A stretch of DNA of 64,000 nt, taken from a virus. The stretch lies in IMG/VR virus record IMGVR_UViG_3300010381_000012. The stretch is one strand, 5' to 3'. Below are positions 1-9,475 of the stretch, one piece after another (the stretch's first letter is position 1; every line of letters starts with the position of its first letter). Below the pieces are notes generated by a model that was not told the origin of the DNA, searched no databases, and saw only the letters and a program-made list of their open reading frames with translations. A program made the position numbers and the translations under genes.

Positions 1-240
1 GCAATGCAGCGTCATGCCGAGAATGCGGCGGTCGAGTGCGTTGTAGTAGCCGTCGGTATGCCAGTTGATCGGCTTGTGGGTGTAGGGAATGAAGTCGCCG
101 CGTACGCTGCTGCCTTCTTCCCCGGCCGGAGTGATGCTGGACAGCCCGTCCTCGTCGGCGAGGTAGTTGCCTTCCAGGCGGGCGAGGCCGAGCTGTTGTG
201 CCAGTTGGTGTGGCAGCGACTTGTCGGCGGCGGGCAGGTG
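1..240 (-). pseudogene. N-terminally truncated TauD/TfdA-type Fe(II)/2-oxoglutarate dioxygenase fragment (runs off window start)
   Basis: Minus frame 240->1 reads HLPAADKSLPHQLAQQLGLARLEGNYLADEDGLSSITPAGEEGSSVRGDFIPYTHKPINWHTDGYYNALDRRILGMTLHC with an HxD motif (WHTDG). Upstream the frame enters the tmRNA and meets TAA at 340-342. Confidence 0.7.
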
Positions 241-597
241 GGGGCGCCCTGGTTTCGACGGGGATAGTGAAGCCCTGGTTGCAGGTCGAGGTGCCGCGAG
301 GCCTCGTAAAACACGCGGCAACTGGTTAACTGCCAACGATTACGATTACGCTCTGGCTGCTTAATGACAGTCAGCGTCCCCTCAGCTGACGCCTGATACG
401 CTGAACCGGGACGCCAACCCCCATCAGGCTGGCGCAAACCTTCGTCCGTTGAGGGGCGCGCGAGACAACAGACGGACTGGCCGAAGGCGGCCCGGCCGGA
501 AGGCCTGCCCGAGGCGAGATTGTTTTTCGGTCTAAGCCTGTAGACGCTAGGAGCGGAGCATTCTCGGACGGGGGTTCGATTCCCCCCGCCTCCACCA
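241..597 (+). ncRNA. ssrA: tmRNA (SsrA)
   Basis: 5' GGGGCGCCCTGGTTTCGACGGGG; tag ORF 332-364 ANDYDYALAA*; 3' T-arm GGGGGTTCGATTCCCCC then GCCTCCACCA. Confidence 0.97.
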
Positions 598-610
598 AAA
601 CACTTTTCCA

Positions 611-654
611 CCAAGTCCCACAAGGCCCCAAAAGCCTTGTGGGACTTGGCTTTT
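611..654 (+). terminator. Intrinsic terminator after tmRNA
   Basis: Perfect 16-bp inverted repeat CCAAGTCCCACAAGGC / GCCTTGTGGGACTTGG followed by CTTTT. Confidence 0.75.
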
Positions 655-711
655 CAGGGGTTTTGCGTGCCTCTCAGTTCCACCCCGTTCCTTGACAGCC
701 CAAACATATCG

Positions 712-768
712 GGGGCAAAAATGGGGCAAAATTCAGCCTGACGAGCTCCCAGAGGTATATTTTGCCCC
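712..768. promoter_or_regulatory. Probable integrase arm-binding repeats
   Basis: GGGGCAAAA at 712-720 and 723-731, plus inverted copy TTTTGCCCC at 760-768, next to att. Confidence 0.55.
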
Positions 769-1970
769 AACTCACAGACGTTAAGATAAAATCAATCAAG
801 CCTTCCGGGAAGATAGAGCGCTTCCACGACAAGGGTGGCCTATACCTGGAGTTGAGCGTTGCCGGGGGCAAACACTGGCGCTGGAAATACAAGTTCGAAG
901 GCAAGGAAAAGCGTCTGAGTTTTGGGGCTTGGCCACGAGTGTCTCTCAAAGACGCCCGGGATAAACGGGACGCCTGCCGCCGGACGCTAGAGGAAGGCGC
1001 GGACCCAGGACAGGGAATAAAGCAGGGCCGGACCAAAGCCCATGATCCCGAGGCGGCTACGTTCAAGGCTGTGGCGGAAGAGTTCGTCGCGAATCAGAAA
1101 AACGTGTGGGCTGAAAGTCACGCCGAAACAGTTGAGGGAAGACTCCGGAGAGACGTTTACCCGCGCATCGGCGACCGTCCAATCACTGAGATTGAGCCAA
1201 CAGAGATATTAAGCATCCTCCGAAAAATTGAAGAGCGTCGGGCATTTGAGACAGCAAGCCGTGTTCTCGGTTTCTGCTCGCAGATATTTAGATATGGTGT
1301 TGCGATCGGCGCGGTGAAGTCCGATCCATGCAGAGATTTGAAAGGCGCGCTTGTCCCCTACCAGAAGGGGCAACATGCGGCACTGACGGACCCGGATGAA
1401 GTCGGTATGCTCATGGTTGCGATTGATGAATACAAAGGGACTGGCATTGTCCGGGCCGCGCTTTCTTTTTCTGCACTCACTTTTTGCCGGCCAGGCGAAA
1501 TAAGACGCGCCGAATGGATTGAAATTGACCTTGATAAAGAGATGTGGACCATACCGCCAGAGAAAATAAAAACAAGGATAGAGCACAAGGTTCCATTATC
1601 ACGTCAAGCGATATTCATACTCAAAGATATCCATCAATACACAGGGAAGGGCACGTATGTTTTCCCAAGCGTCAGGAGCGGAAGGCCTATTTCTGAAAAC
1701 ACTGTCAATATGGCCATCCGCAATATGGGGTACGCAAAAGACCGAATGACAGCCCATGGGTTTCGAGCAATGGCCTCTACGCTGTTAAACGAAACAGGCC
1801 ATAAGCATGATGTGATCGAAGCGCAGCTTGCGCACAAAGGTGCTGACAAAATACGCGCCGTATATAATCGAGCGCAGTATATGGATGATCGTAGAAAGTT
1901 GATGCAAGCATGGGCAGATTACCTTGACGCGCTAAAGGCTTCTGCGCTTAACGGCTTGTCTGGCAACTGA
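762..1970 (+). CDS. int: P4-like tyrosine integrase with arm-binding domain
   Basis: LTDVKIK..DKGGLYL..W..KY..GKEKRLSFG N-terminus; catalytic R (CRPGE), HGFR, H (LAHK) and Y (VYNRA); TTG start. Confidence 0.95.
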   Translation: MPQLTDVKIKSIKPSGKIERFHDKGGLYLELSVAGGKHWRWKYKFEGKEKRLSFGAWPRVSLKDARDKRDACRRTLEEGADPGQGIKQGRTKAHDPEAATFKAVAEEFVANQKNVWAESHAETVEGRLRRDVYPRIGDRPITEIEPTEILSILRKIEERRAFETASRVLGFCSQIFRYGVAIGAVKSDPCRDLKGALVPYQKGQHAALTDPDEVGMLMVAIDEYKGTGIVRAALSFSALTFCRPGEIRRAEWIEIDLDKEMWTIPPEKIKTRIEHKVPLSRQAIFILKDIHQYTGKGTYVFPSVRSGRPISENTVNMAIRNMGYAKDRMTAHGFRAMASTLLNETGHKHDVIEAQLAHKGADKIRAVYNRAQYMDDRRKLMQAWADYLDALKASALNGLSGN

Positions 1971-2155
1971 TCGTATACGCCCCGTAAGTCGTTAAGCCTC
2001 CAGACTGGAGTCTTACCCATATAGCGAGGTTTTGGTATTACCCCTCGCTGAATGTTACGATAGAACGTCGTCTTTGGCATGTTGTTAAGATATTCCCTTG
2101 CGTCGGACGCCCCGAGGAGCCGCTGCCCATCGCTCATAAGATCGTTATTTATCAT
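1919..2155 (-). CDS. AlpA-family excisionase/regulator
   Basis: KTTFYRNIQRGVIPKPRYMGKTPVWRLNDL winged-HTH pattern; convergent with int. Confidence 0.85.
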   Translation of the reverse strand: MINNDLMSDGQRLLGASDAREYLNNMPKTTFYRNIQRGVIPKPRYMGKTPVWRLNDLRGVYDQLPDKPLSAEAFSASR

Positions 2156-2160
2156 CTCCC

Positions 2161-2499
2161 CTACCCCTCGTTTTTTTCTATCTCGCATTGCCGCATCAGC
2201 CCAACCAGTTCCCGGTGCTCAAAAGGTCGTGCCGTCGGCAGCGCGTAACGGATGATTCCCAAAGCCCGGGCGAAATTTCCCGCACGCCACCAAAGTGTTG
2301 CCGCTGACACAGCCAGGATGCAGCGCGTCGGCTCGTCTGAGGCGACAGGGTCTAGTTGCCGGAAGGCCGCCTCTTCCTGTCTGGCCGCATACTTCCACCA
2401 CTTCTTGGCCTTGTACTTTTGGCCTCTCCTGGCCATCCTATCGCCCTCGGCCGCCTTGCGCATGGCTTGGTGGTGGAGTCCAGCGACGGTCAGCATCAC
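2161..2499 (-). CDS. Hypothetical phage protein
   Basis: ATGA-coupled ORF in early-left operon. Confidence 0.6.
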   Translation of the reverse strand: MMLTVAGLHHQAMRKAAEGDRMARRGQKYKAKKWWKYAARQEEAAFRQLDPVASDEPTRCILAVSAATLWWRAGNFARALGIIRYALPTARPFEHRELVGLMRQCEIEKNEG

Positions 2500-2732
2500 C
2501 TCTCCTCGCGTTCGGCCAGCCGTTCGATGGCGCGGGCCAGCGCCGCCTTGCTGACCTCGGCGTTAGCAATACCAATGTCCCTTGTGGCCTTGATCGTGAC
2601 GTCGTAAAACTTGGCGTCGGCCTCGTATTTTGCGATGTTCGTCCGCATATTGGTGTAATCGCCCCACGCCTTTGAACCGACCCAAAGGATCACCACGGCG
2701 AGAATGACGTACCAGCCAAGGTTGCTATTCAT
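2496..2732 (-). CDS. Small membrane protein
   Basis: N-terminal TM segment WYVILAVVILWVG; coupled ORF. Confidence 0.65.
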   Translation of the reverse strand: MNSNLGWYVILAVVILWVGSKAWGDYTNMRTNIAKYEADAKFYDVTIKATRDIGIANAEVSKAALARAIERLAEREER

Positions 2733-3084
2733 GTTCGTCCACCTTCCTTACAATCTCCCGGCTTTCCGCGACCGAGAGCCGCAGCGGCGCGCCGAGGTCG
2801 TGGGATTGAGCGTGACGGCGGATGGGGGCGAGGGCACGCTCAAGTCTTTTAACCCGGGCCGCATGCTCATCAAGCCATTTCGACAGATAGTCCGACGCTA
2901 CTTCTAGTTTGAAAATCTGTGTGTCTGCCTCAATTTGAAAAGTGCAAAGCGCAGAGCGGAGGCGGGCTATCATCGCGTCCTTGTCCGCAGCCTCCCACAT
3001 CGACCCATGGTCGCAGCAGGGGCAAGGACATGTGTCAAGAGGCGCAGACTCCATGTCGTATTTGCATCCTGTACAATTATTCAT
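2725..3084 (-). CDS. Hypothetical Cys-rich phage protein
   Basis: MNNCTGCKY..CPCPCC N-terminus followed by coiled coil. Confidence 0.6.
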   Translation of the reverse strand: MNNCTGCKYDMESAPLDTCPCPCCDHGSMWEAADKDAMIARLRSALCTFQIEADTQIFKLEVASDYLSKWLDEHAARVKRLERALAPIRRHAQSHDLGAPLRLSVAESREIVRKVDEHE

Positions 3085-3086
3085 TG

Positions 3087-3458
3087 CTATTCCCCCGGCA
3101 ACGGCGTCCATTCGTCACCGATCTTGAGCGGCCGAAAATCATGTTCCACGTCCACCCACCAGCATGGCGTGGCCCAATCACGGCTCAACCGGCCGGTGCT
3201 TTGATGGCCGACAAGATACACGCGCTCATCGCCGGGAAGCGTCCCCGGCGTTTCGTCGTAGGTTGTGCCGCGTGGGGTGCGAGGAAGAGCGTTCCAGGAC
3301 ATAATAGCTTCTTCCTCTGTTTCCTCGCATGGCCCTCGTAGGCCGCATTTTGTGCAACAAACATATTCAGCCATGGCCAAAGCAGATATGCGAACCTTGG
3401 CTTGGCCTCGACACTTTATGTTTGGGCACGGTTTCAGTTCATCCGGCATGGCGGGCAC
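3087..3458 (-). CDS. Lar-like (restriction alleviation) zinc-ribbon protein
   Basis: LKPCP..C....CCTKCG.RGP..ETEEEAIMSWN pattern typical of the Lar family. Confidence 0.65.
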   Translation of the reverse strand: MPAMPDELKPCPNIKCRGQAKVRISALAMAEYVCCTKCGLRGPCEETEEEAIMSWNALPRTPRGTTYDETPGTLPGDERVYLVGHQSTGRLSRDWATPCWWVDVEHDFRPLKIGDEWTPLPGE

Positions 3459-3693
3459 CCTCCTTATCCTTCCCCCTTACTCTAATCTCGCGCTCTATAA
3501 ACGCCGCGAATGTACGAAGCCGGCTGTGACCGCCAGCCTTGAGAAAGTTTGCAAGGTTGCCAATAGAGTCAGCAACAACCATTTGCTCTATCTCATGGGC
3601 CAGGTCATTGCCGTTTCGCGTTGCCTCCTGGAAGTTGAATGACGCGACACGACCGGACGGGAATCCGTAGGGCGTAACCTTCATTTCAGCCAT
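3439..3693 (-). CDS. Hypothetical phage protein
   Basis: ORF with GGAGG-type RBS in operon. Confidence 0.55.
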   Translation of the reverse strand: MAEMKVTPYGFPSGRVASFNFQEATRNGNDLAHEIEQMVVADSIGNLANFLKAGGHSRLRTFAAFIEREIRVRGKDKEGARHAG

Positions 3694-3702
3694 GACGGCC
3701 TC

Positions 3703-4104
3703 CTAGTAATATCCATTCGGATCGTGGAGCTTTGACGGCTTTAAGCGCTCTTCGAGTCCAGCGCATCTTGAGGCCAAGCGGTCGCGGTCCTGGCGCAACG
3801 CCGCGTTCTCGGCCTCCAGAGTGGCAATCTTGTTGGATTGCTCCATTCCCAGGTGGAAATAACGATCCCTCGCATCTTCCAACTCCCCGATGAATGCGGC
3901 TTCTTTCCCGGAAAGGATGGCCAGTATCAACCCTCGAAGCTGATTCGCCCGGCGCTCGCAAAGATCGTCATTTTTCATCTTGTATTCGTTCAAGGCCAAG
4001 TCGCGTTCATGGCGTCCAGCATCTTCGATGCGTTTTCGCTTGAGCCGATCCACCTCCGCCTCCAACTCCAGGATGCGCGCCTGGGCCTGTGCGAGGTCGG
4101 TCAT
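3703..4104 (-). CDS. Coiled-coil hypothetical protein
   Basis: MTDLAQAQARILELEAEVDRL; ATGA overlap with upstream stop. Confidence 0.65.
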   Translation of the reverse strand: MTDLAQAQARILELEAEVDRLKRKRIEDAGRHERDLALNEYKMKNDDLCERRANQLRGLILAILSGKEAAFIGELEDARDRYFHLGMEQSNKIATLEAENAALRQDRDRLASRCAGLEERLKPSKLHDPNGYY

Positions 4105-4785
4105 GGCTTTCCGACCCTCACTCCAACCGCCCACGCCCAGGACGTGTCCCAGTGGTAGCGGGTGCCGTATTTGGCGGTCCAGGTGTCGCGGAGCACGGTC
4201 AACGGCGACATGCCGCGCGTGCCAAGCGATGCGTCAGCTACACCGGATTTCTCGGCGTCCTCGTAGGTGATGCTGTTGCAGCGCACGCACCTCACCCCCA
4301 CGACCTCCAGCGTGATCCTGCTTGCCCAGGCCGGCATGGTGGCGGGGGAGCGCCATATTGCCTTGCCGTGTTCGGGATGAGGTGGCATTTCTCCGTCGGT
4401 CCTGTACGCGACGTAAGACAGACGGTTTGGTTGCGCCGGGATGCCCATTCGACCACGGACGGCACGAGTACGTTCCGGTGGGATCTCCTCGTCGAAAAAC
4501 TCTTGCCACACCTCCCGGCAGCGCAGCCGGTCACCGGGAGCGCCGAGGGGGCATTGCAGACCGTGTGACACCGCTTCATATCCGGTCACGTCCTTGTCCA
4601 TGGGAGCCTCGAAAACCCACGCGTCAGGCCCCCAAATAGAGTGGAACGAAGAAAGGTGAACGCTGGAGAAGTCGATATCCCTAAGACCCATGGGAAACCG
4701 CACCGGCCGCACGACCAGACCCAGCGCGCCCGCCAGCGCGGCGCGGACTTCGTGGGGGGTGGAGGATTAGGGATCGTGTGGTCAT
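4101..4785 (-). pseudogene. ASCH-like phage protein with a 1-nt frameshift in a G6 run (4754-4759)
   Basis: C-part has RLRCREVW and WRSPATMPAWASRITLEVVGVR..ITYEDA. An ATGA-coupled start at 4785 gives MTTRSLILHP, which joins HEVRAALAG only if one base is removed. Confidence 0.65.
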
Positions 4786-4973
4786 GCTGTCCCAGCCTCC
4801 TTGTAGAGGATCTCGTCAGCCATTTCCCTTGACGCTTGGGTGTATATCTCTCGTGCGCCTTTCGGGAGGGCTGCCAGGGGGACAACCACAAATTCGACGT
4901 GCCACTTCGCCAGCTTGTCGGCCACCTGGAGCTGCTCCCGGATAAAGGCCAAATTCGGTTTTTCGTCGGGCAT
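4782..4973 (-). CDS. Hypothetical phage protein
   Basis: AAGGAG RBS, MPDEKPNLAFIREQL. Confidence 0.6.
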   Translation of the reverse strand: MPDEKPNLAFIREQLQVADKLAKWHVEFVVVPLAALPKGAREIYTQASREMADEILYKEAGTA

Positions 4974-5194
4974 GTTCTTCTCCTTTTCGGCTTCAACCGA
5001 GACTGTGAAGCGACCGGGCGCGCTGCACTCCCTGTGGTTGCCCGGCTTCACGGACAGAGGGGGAAGCGGACCGACAACCGGCCAGGAAGCAGGAACCTGG
5101 GCTAGCCGCTGGCCATTGCGGCCCCTGCTACAGGTCGGGCATCGTTCCCCCGGTATGAAATCCCTGGCCGCACCTCACAGCCCCGGTAGAAGCC

Positions 5195-5214
5195 CCGTCG
5201 TGGGACGGGGCGGG
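5195..5214 (-). terminator. Possible terminator hairpin
   Basis: GCCCCGTC-GTGG-GACGGGGC just after the stop of 5218-5853. Confidence 0.4.
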
Positions 5215-5217
5215 TGG

Positions 5218-5853
5218 TTATGCAGCTTTCTCCTCCTTGCCGAACCCAAGGCTTTTGAAAGCCAGCTTCATCCCCAGCCAGTGCAAAATGATTCTCGCCA
5301 TAGGGATATTACCGGCATCCCAAAGCCCTGACTCGCTGTAGGCTTCATCGCCAAGGACTTTTGAAATGGGATCGTCGGCGGACTCGTGGAACTCCATCAC
5401 CTTGGAACGCCATTCCCATTCGCTGTGGGCAACAGCCCGGAGGTCTTCAAAAAGTTCTGTGGCAATGGCGACCATGGATGCGTCATTTTCATGCTCGGCC
5501 ATGACGTCTTCCCACTGCTCTTTGAGCCAATCCATAGCGGCAGACTCAAGCCATTCTTTCCCCCGACGTCCATTTTCGGACGCTTCACATTTCGAGAAGA
5601 AGTAGCCAACATCAAGACCGACCAGGAAGTCAGGCGTTATCTTGTCACCCCAGCAGTAGACAGCCTCCCCGAGGTCTCCGCTGATATACAGGTTGTTTCT
5701 CAAGATAATAATGTCCATGTAGTAAATGGACGTTCCATCTTGTTTCCAAAGGACATGCCAAGGCTTCCCTGGCTCAAATGGACCAGATGCGATGGCCTCA
5801 TGGTTTCTGAATTGCTTGTGTCCATCCTGGACTTCCCGTTCAAGTCGCGTCAT
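5218..5853 (-). CDS. Conserved hypothetical phage protein
   Basis: 211 aa acidic ORF, LYISGDLGEAVYCW. Confidence 0.75.
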   Translation of the reverse strand: MTRLEREVQDGHKQFRNHEAIASGPFEPGKPWHVLWKQDGTSIYYMDIIILRNNLYISGDLGEAVYCWGDKITPDFLVGLDVGYFFSKCEASENGRRGKEWLESAAMDWLKEQWEDVMAEHENDASMVAIATELFEDLRAVAHSEWEWRSKVMEFHESADDPISKVLGDEAYSESGLWDAGNIPMARIILHWLGMKLAFKSLGFGKEEKAA

Positions 5854-5860
5854 ACCTTCC

Positions 5861-6580
5861 TCACCTGATGATGTTTATTCCCGGCAGGCGCACGGAAAGC
5901 CACTCCTGGATGGCGTCCATGGCCTTGTTGCGCCACGCCTCGCCGTCAGCCACGAACAGTCCGGGCGAACCTTCCTTGGACAGGCGGAAGAGGAACTGCC
6001 GCGCCGGCTGCTCGATTTCCTGGAAGGTGCAGAACGGATGCAGGGTCACGCGGGGTTTGGTTTTGCGCTCGGACACGAGGCGCGCCCCGGCTTCGACGGT
6101 GACGGTCTGGCTGGTGCCGTCGTCCTTAATGCCGCCGCCGGCTTCGATCTTGATGGCGGCCACGTCGGCCAGGAGCGCGTCACGGTCGCCGGCCTCGGTG
6201 AACATGGCATTCAGGCCGATGATGAAGTTCTCGCTGGGCATGAACTGTCCGAACTCAAAGAGGGGCAGGATCGGCTCGGCCGTGGCGATGATTTCGCGCT
6301 GCTTGAACGGGCCGAACACCGGGCCGAGAAGCATGACGTGCGTCGGCGTGTCGACGTGGACCAGGGACTTGGTCATGTCATGCTCGTCCACATTGGCCTT
6401 GATGTAGCCCACAAGCCCGGTCAGGGTATGCAGGCCCAGGCTCGGGACCTCGGGATCCTTGATCGGCGTCGGCGTGCCGAAGACGTACTTCCTGCCGTCG
6501 ACTTCCTTGACGCACCGGTCGTTGATCTGGTCCTTGAGGGTGGCGACGAACTGCAGGGCTTCGGCGGAACAGTTATCCAC
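5861..6580 (-). CDS. Conserved phage protein (partner of 6573-6935)
   Basis: 239 aa, LHTLTGLVGYIK and VTLHPFCTFQEIEQP; strong coding bias. Confidence 0.8.
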   Translation of the reverse strand: MDNCSAEALQFVATLKDQINDRCVKEVDGRKYVFGTPTPIKDPEVPSLGLHTLTGLVGYIKANVDEHDMTKSLVHVDTPTHVMLLGPVFGPFKQREIIATAEPILPLFEFGQFMPSENFIIGLNAMFTEAGDRDALLADVAAIKIEAGGGIKDDGTSQTVTVEAGARLVSERKTKPRVTLHPFCTFQEIEQPARQFLFRLSKEGSPGLFVADGEAWRNKAMDAIQEWLSVRLPGINIIR

Positions 6581-6935
6581 GGGCGGCCTCCTTCATGGGG
6601 GTGACTTTGGGGTTGTCGATGGGAAGTTCGCACTGGTCGGGGCGGGTCCCGATCTCAGGGATGAACAAGGCCAACTCACCGTTGTGGTCGGACTCGACCA
6701 TGGACGTGATGGAGACGGGCTTGACCGGGGCCAGGGCCGTCTTGACGGCGTAGGTCATCTCCGGGAAATTCCGCTGCTCGTTCGGCTTGAACGCGACCTC
6801 AATGACCAGCTTGCGGGCTTTCTTGAAGTCCGTGTTCGGGTCCTGGATGTTGGCCGTGACCTCGGACAGGCCCTTGTTGACGATTTCGGCCAGACCATCC
6901 CGGCCAAGGCTTTCAAAATCCAGTTTGATGCTCAT
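6573..6935 (-). CDS. Conserved phage protein (often annotated replication-terminator-like)
   Basis: VTANIQDPNTDFKKARKLVIEVAFKP..VKTALAP pattern. Confidence 0.75.
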   Translation of the reverse strand: MSIKLDFESLGRDGLAEIVNKGLSEVTANIQDPNTDFKKARKLVIEVAFKPNEQRNFPEMTYAVKTALAPVKPVSITSMVESDHNGELALFIPEIGTRPDQCELPIDNPKVTPMKEAARG

Positions 6936-7228
6936 ACGTTTCTCCTTGAAGGTTTTTGGATTCTACGCCGACCGCACTCCCTACAGTGTTCGGCGTGATT
7001 GACTTCGCAATAGACCTTTGCTCCGCCCAAGCTCTCGAATGATCCTTGGTTGGATGTCGGTATCAGTTCAAAATCCGTCCCTTCCGTCGTGTATTTTATC
7101 TGATTGTCCTCGAGGACTGGCCTGATGCGATAATAGAACTCCGGGCTTCCGCACTCGTCAGTGTAGACGCCCGGGGCGCTATAGATTGTGTTGTCGTTTT
7201 CGTCGTATTCTTCAGCCCATTCGAGCAT
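6932..7228 (-). CDS. Hypothetical acidic protein
   Basis: MLEWAEEYDEND; start overlaps upstream stop. Confidence 0.6.
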   Translation of the reverse strand: MLEWAEEYDENDNTIYSAPGVYTDECGSPEFYYRIRPVLEDNQIKYTTEGTDFELIPTSNQGSFESLGGAKVYCEVNHAEHCRECGRRRIQKPSRRNV

Positions 7229-7419
7229 TAGTATCGCCTCCCATTCGGCTTCTGGAATTGCTGCTTGAACCCGCAGGGATGGCCGCAGTGGTAGCCGCCA
7301 CAAAACGGGCAGCGGTATGGCTGTGTCCCGTTCCGGGCCATGGCCTCGGCCTGCTCCATCGTTTCGTGGCGGATTTTTCCGGCGCAGGCCTTGCGGCGAA
7401 GGTGGCGTTTGGAGGCCAT
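7228..7419 (-). CDS. Small zinc-finger protein
   Basis: RRKAC.GKIRH...YRCPFCGGYHCGH. Confidence 0.7.
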   Translation of the reverse strand: MASKRHLRRKACAGKIRHETMEQAEAMARNGTQPYRCPFCGGYHCGHPCGFKQQFQKPNGRRY

Positions 7420-7646
7420 CACGCAACCACCTTCGCCGGAAGGTTGTAGCCGGCGCGGCAGGCATTCACATGCTCCCGCGCACGCTCGACGCACTCGCGG
7501 AAGGTGGGCTCGAAGCCCTGGGTTTCGATCAAGGCGTCAGCGATGGTGGCCAGTCCGTTGATGACTTCCTTGGAATAGCCTTCGGCTATCAAAACCTTCG
7601 CCAGGGCGAGGGCCTGCTCAAAGCGCTCATATTCGTGGAGGTCCAT
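7419..7646 (-). CDS. Hypothetical protein
   Basis: MDLHEYERFEQAL; coupled ORF. Confidence 0.6.
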   Translation of the reverse strand: MDLHEYERFEQALALAKVLIAEGYSKEVINGLATIADALIETQGFEPTFRECVERAREHVNACRAGYNLPAKVVA

Positions 7647-9475
7647 CACTCCCCACCTCCCTCGCCCATCGCCTCGCCCACAAACCGGCTTACGGGGCTT
7701 TCGTAGACGCGCACCCGGCCGTCCTGGCCGATCTTCTCGCTTCGCTCCGGCCGAACGGCCAAGGTCAGGGCGTCCCGGGCCCGGGTTATGGCCACGTAGG
7801 CAAGCCGGCGCTCCTCTTCGATGTCGCCGGCGTCCACGGCGCGCTTGCTCGGCAAGATGCCCTCGTTGCAGCCTGCAAGGATCACGTAGGGCCATTCCAG
7901 GCCCTTGGCGCCGTGGATGGTGGCCAAGGTGACAACGCCGGGTCCGTCAGGATCGGCGGCGGGTATCTCGTCCTGGACGTCGTAGGTGGAGAGCCATTCG
8001 AGGTAGGCGGAGACGGTGCGCTCCTGTGGTGGGCGTCCGGTGCAGTAGTCTTCAAGGAAGGTCAGCACCTCGACGGCTGGAAGGGGTTCCTGGAGGTCGT
8101 CGCAAGGCTCCATGGCCGTGTCGAGGTCAGTTCCTCCAGAATGGATCGCAAAAAACCGCACGGCTTCCCCGCTGGCGTTTTCAACCCATGCTTGGAAGTG
8201 GCTCTTGTCCTCTCGAACCGCCCTCCCCCGGATCGCGGCATACTCGTCATCCGAGATGCCCAAGGCTTCCCGGATCAACAGGAACGCGAAGTTGTCGAAC
8301 GGGTTCACCAACAACTTGAGGAACGCATGGAACCGCCGGAACTCCTCGCTGTTGGTCAGCGCGGCCTGCCGCCCAACGTAGAGGTACGGCACGCCCTGGG
8401 CGTCCAGTTCTTCGGCCACGCGCTGAAGCAGGACGTGCTTACGGGCAAGGATGGCGGTTTCGCGGGGAAGAAACCGTTCCGGTGTTGCGGCTTGGACCAC
8501 GCTGGCAATGACCGCGCTGTCCATCTCCCGGCGGGTATCAACAAGCGCCCCGTCTTCCCGATAAGCGGTCATGGTCTTCGACAACCGGATCACGTTGTGG
8601 TCGATCAGGCGATTTGCCATTTCGACCACCTGCCAGCCCGACCGATAGTTTCTCTCCAGTCGCATGACTTTGAAGCTGTCGGCGTTCTCGATCAGGTATT
8701 CTGGGCAAGCGCCCCGCCAGGAGTACAAGGACTGGTCGATATCCCCGACCGCGAACAGCGTTGCCGACAACCCGGCGGCCATGGACTCCAGGAGGCCCCA
8801 TTGCAGCCGGTCAAGGTCCTGGACTTCGTCCACCAGCGCGTGCCGCCAGCCGAGGTATTGCATGACCTTCGGCAGGAGCAGCATGAAGCCGGTGAGGAGC
8901 CCACCATAGGTCAGGGCGTTGTTTTCGCGGCATCGGGCCATGAAGGCGCGGAAGAGGTCGAACACCCCCTTGTCGAGTGCGGAAGGCTCGATGCCGGTCG
9001 CGTAGTAGGCTCCGAAAGCCGCGTCGATTTCCTTCTTCGGAACCTTCCAGGCCTTGCCCTTGAGCGCCCCCATCTCCGTGGCCACCTGCCGCAAAAGAAA
9101 CGACTCCTCCCATTCGCTGTAGACCGTGATATTGTCCGGCCGCAGGCCGAGCAGCTCCCCGAACCGGCGAAGCTGCACCAGGGCCAGGGCGTGCATGGTG
9201 CCCATGGTCACGCCGTAGGCCTTGTTGCCGATCCGCTTGAGCAGGCGTTCACGCATTTCAGCCGCGGCCTTTCGGGTGAACGTGACGGCCACGATCTCGG
9301 ACGGCGAGGCCTGGCACTCCTCGATCAAGTAGGCGATCCGCTCGGTGAGCACGCGCGTCTTGCCGCTGCCGGCCCCGGCCAGAACCAGGGCCCGGGGCGC
9401 GTCGGTGGTCACGGCGGCAAGCTGGTCCGGGTCGAGCACGGCGCGCGCGGCGCAGCCAGGATTAGGCGTTTCCAT
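7646..9475 (-). CDS. UvrD/PcrA-family SF1 helicase
   Basis: LDPDQ, AGAGSGKT, VDEVQD, VGDIDQSLYSWRGA, NYRS, TIHGAKGLEW, EERRLAYVAITRA. Confidence 0.97.
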   Translation of the reverse strand: METPNPGCAARAVLDPDQLAAVTTDAPRALVLAGAGSGKTRVLTERIAYLIEECQASPSEIVAVTFTRKAAAEMRERLLKRIGNKAYGVTMGTMHALALVQLRRFGELLGLRPDNITVYSEWEESFLLRQVATEMGALKGKAWKVPKKEIDAAFGAYYATGIEPSALDKGVFDLFRAFMARCRENNALTYGGLLTGFMLLLPKVMQYLGWRHALVDEVQDLDRLQWGLLESMAAGLSATLFAVGDIDQSLYSWRGACPEYLIENADSFKVMRLERNYRSGWQVVEMANRLIDHNVIRLSKTMTAYREDGALVDTRREMDSAVIASVVQAATPERFLPRETAILARKHVLLQRVAEELDAQGVPYLYVGRQAALTNSEEFRRFHAFLKLLVNPFDNFAFLLIREALGISDDEYAAIRGRAVREDKSHFQAWVENASGEAVRFFAIHSGGTDLDTAMEPCDDLQEPLPAVEVLTFLEDYCTGRPPQERTVSAYLEWLSTYDVQDEIPAADPDGPGVVTLATIHGAKGLEWPYVILAGCNEGILPSKRAVDAGDIEEERRLAYVAITRARDALTLAVRPERSEKIGQDGRVRVYESPVSRFVGEAMGEGGGE

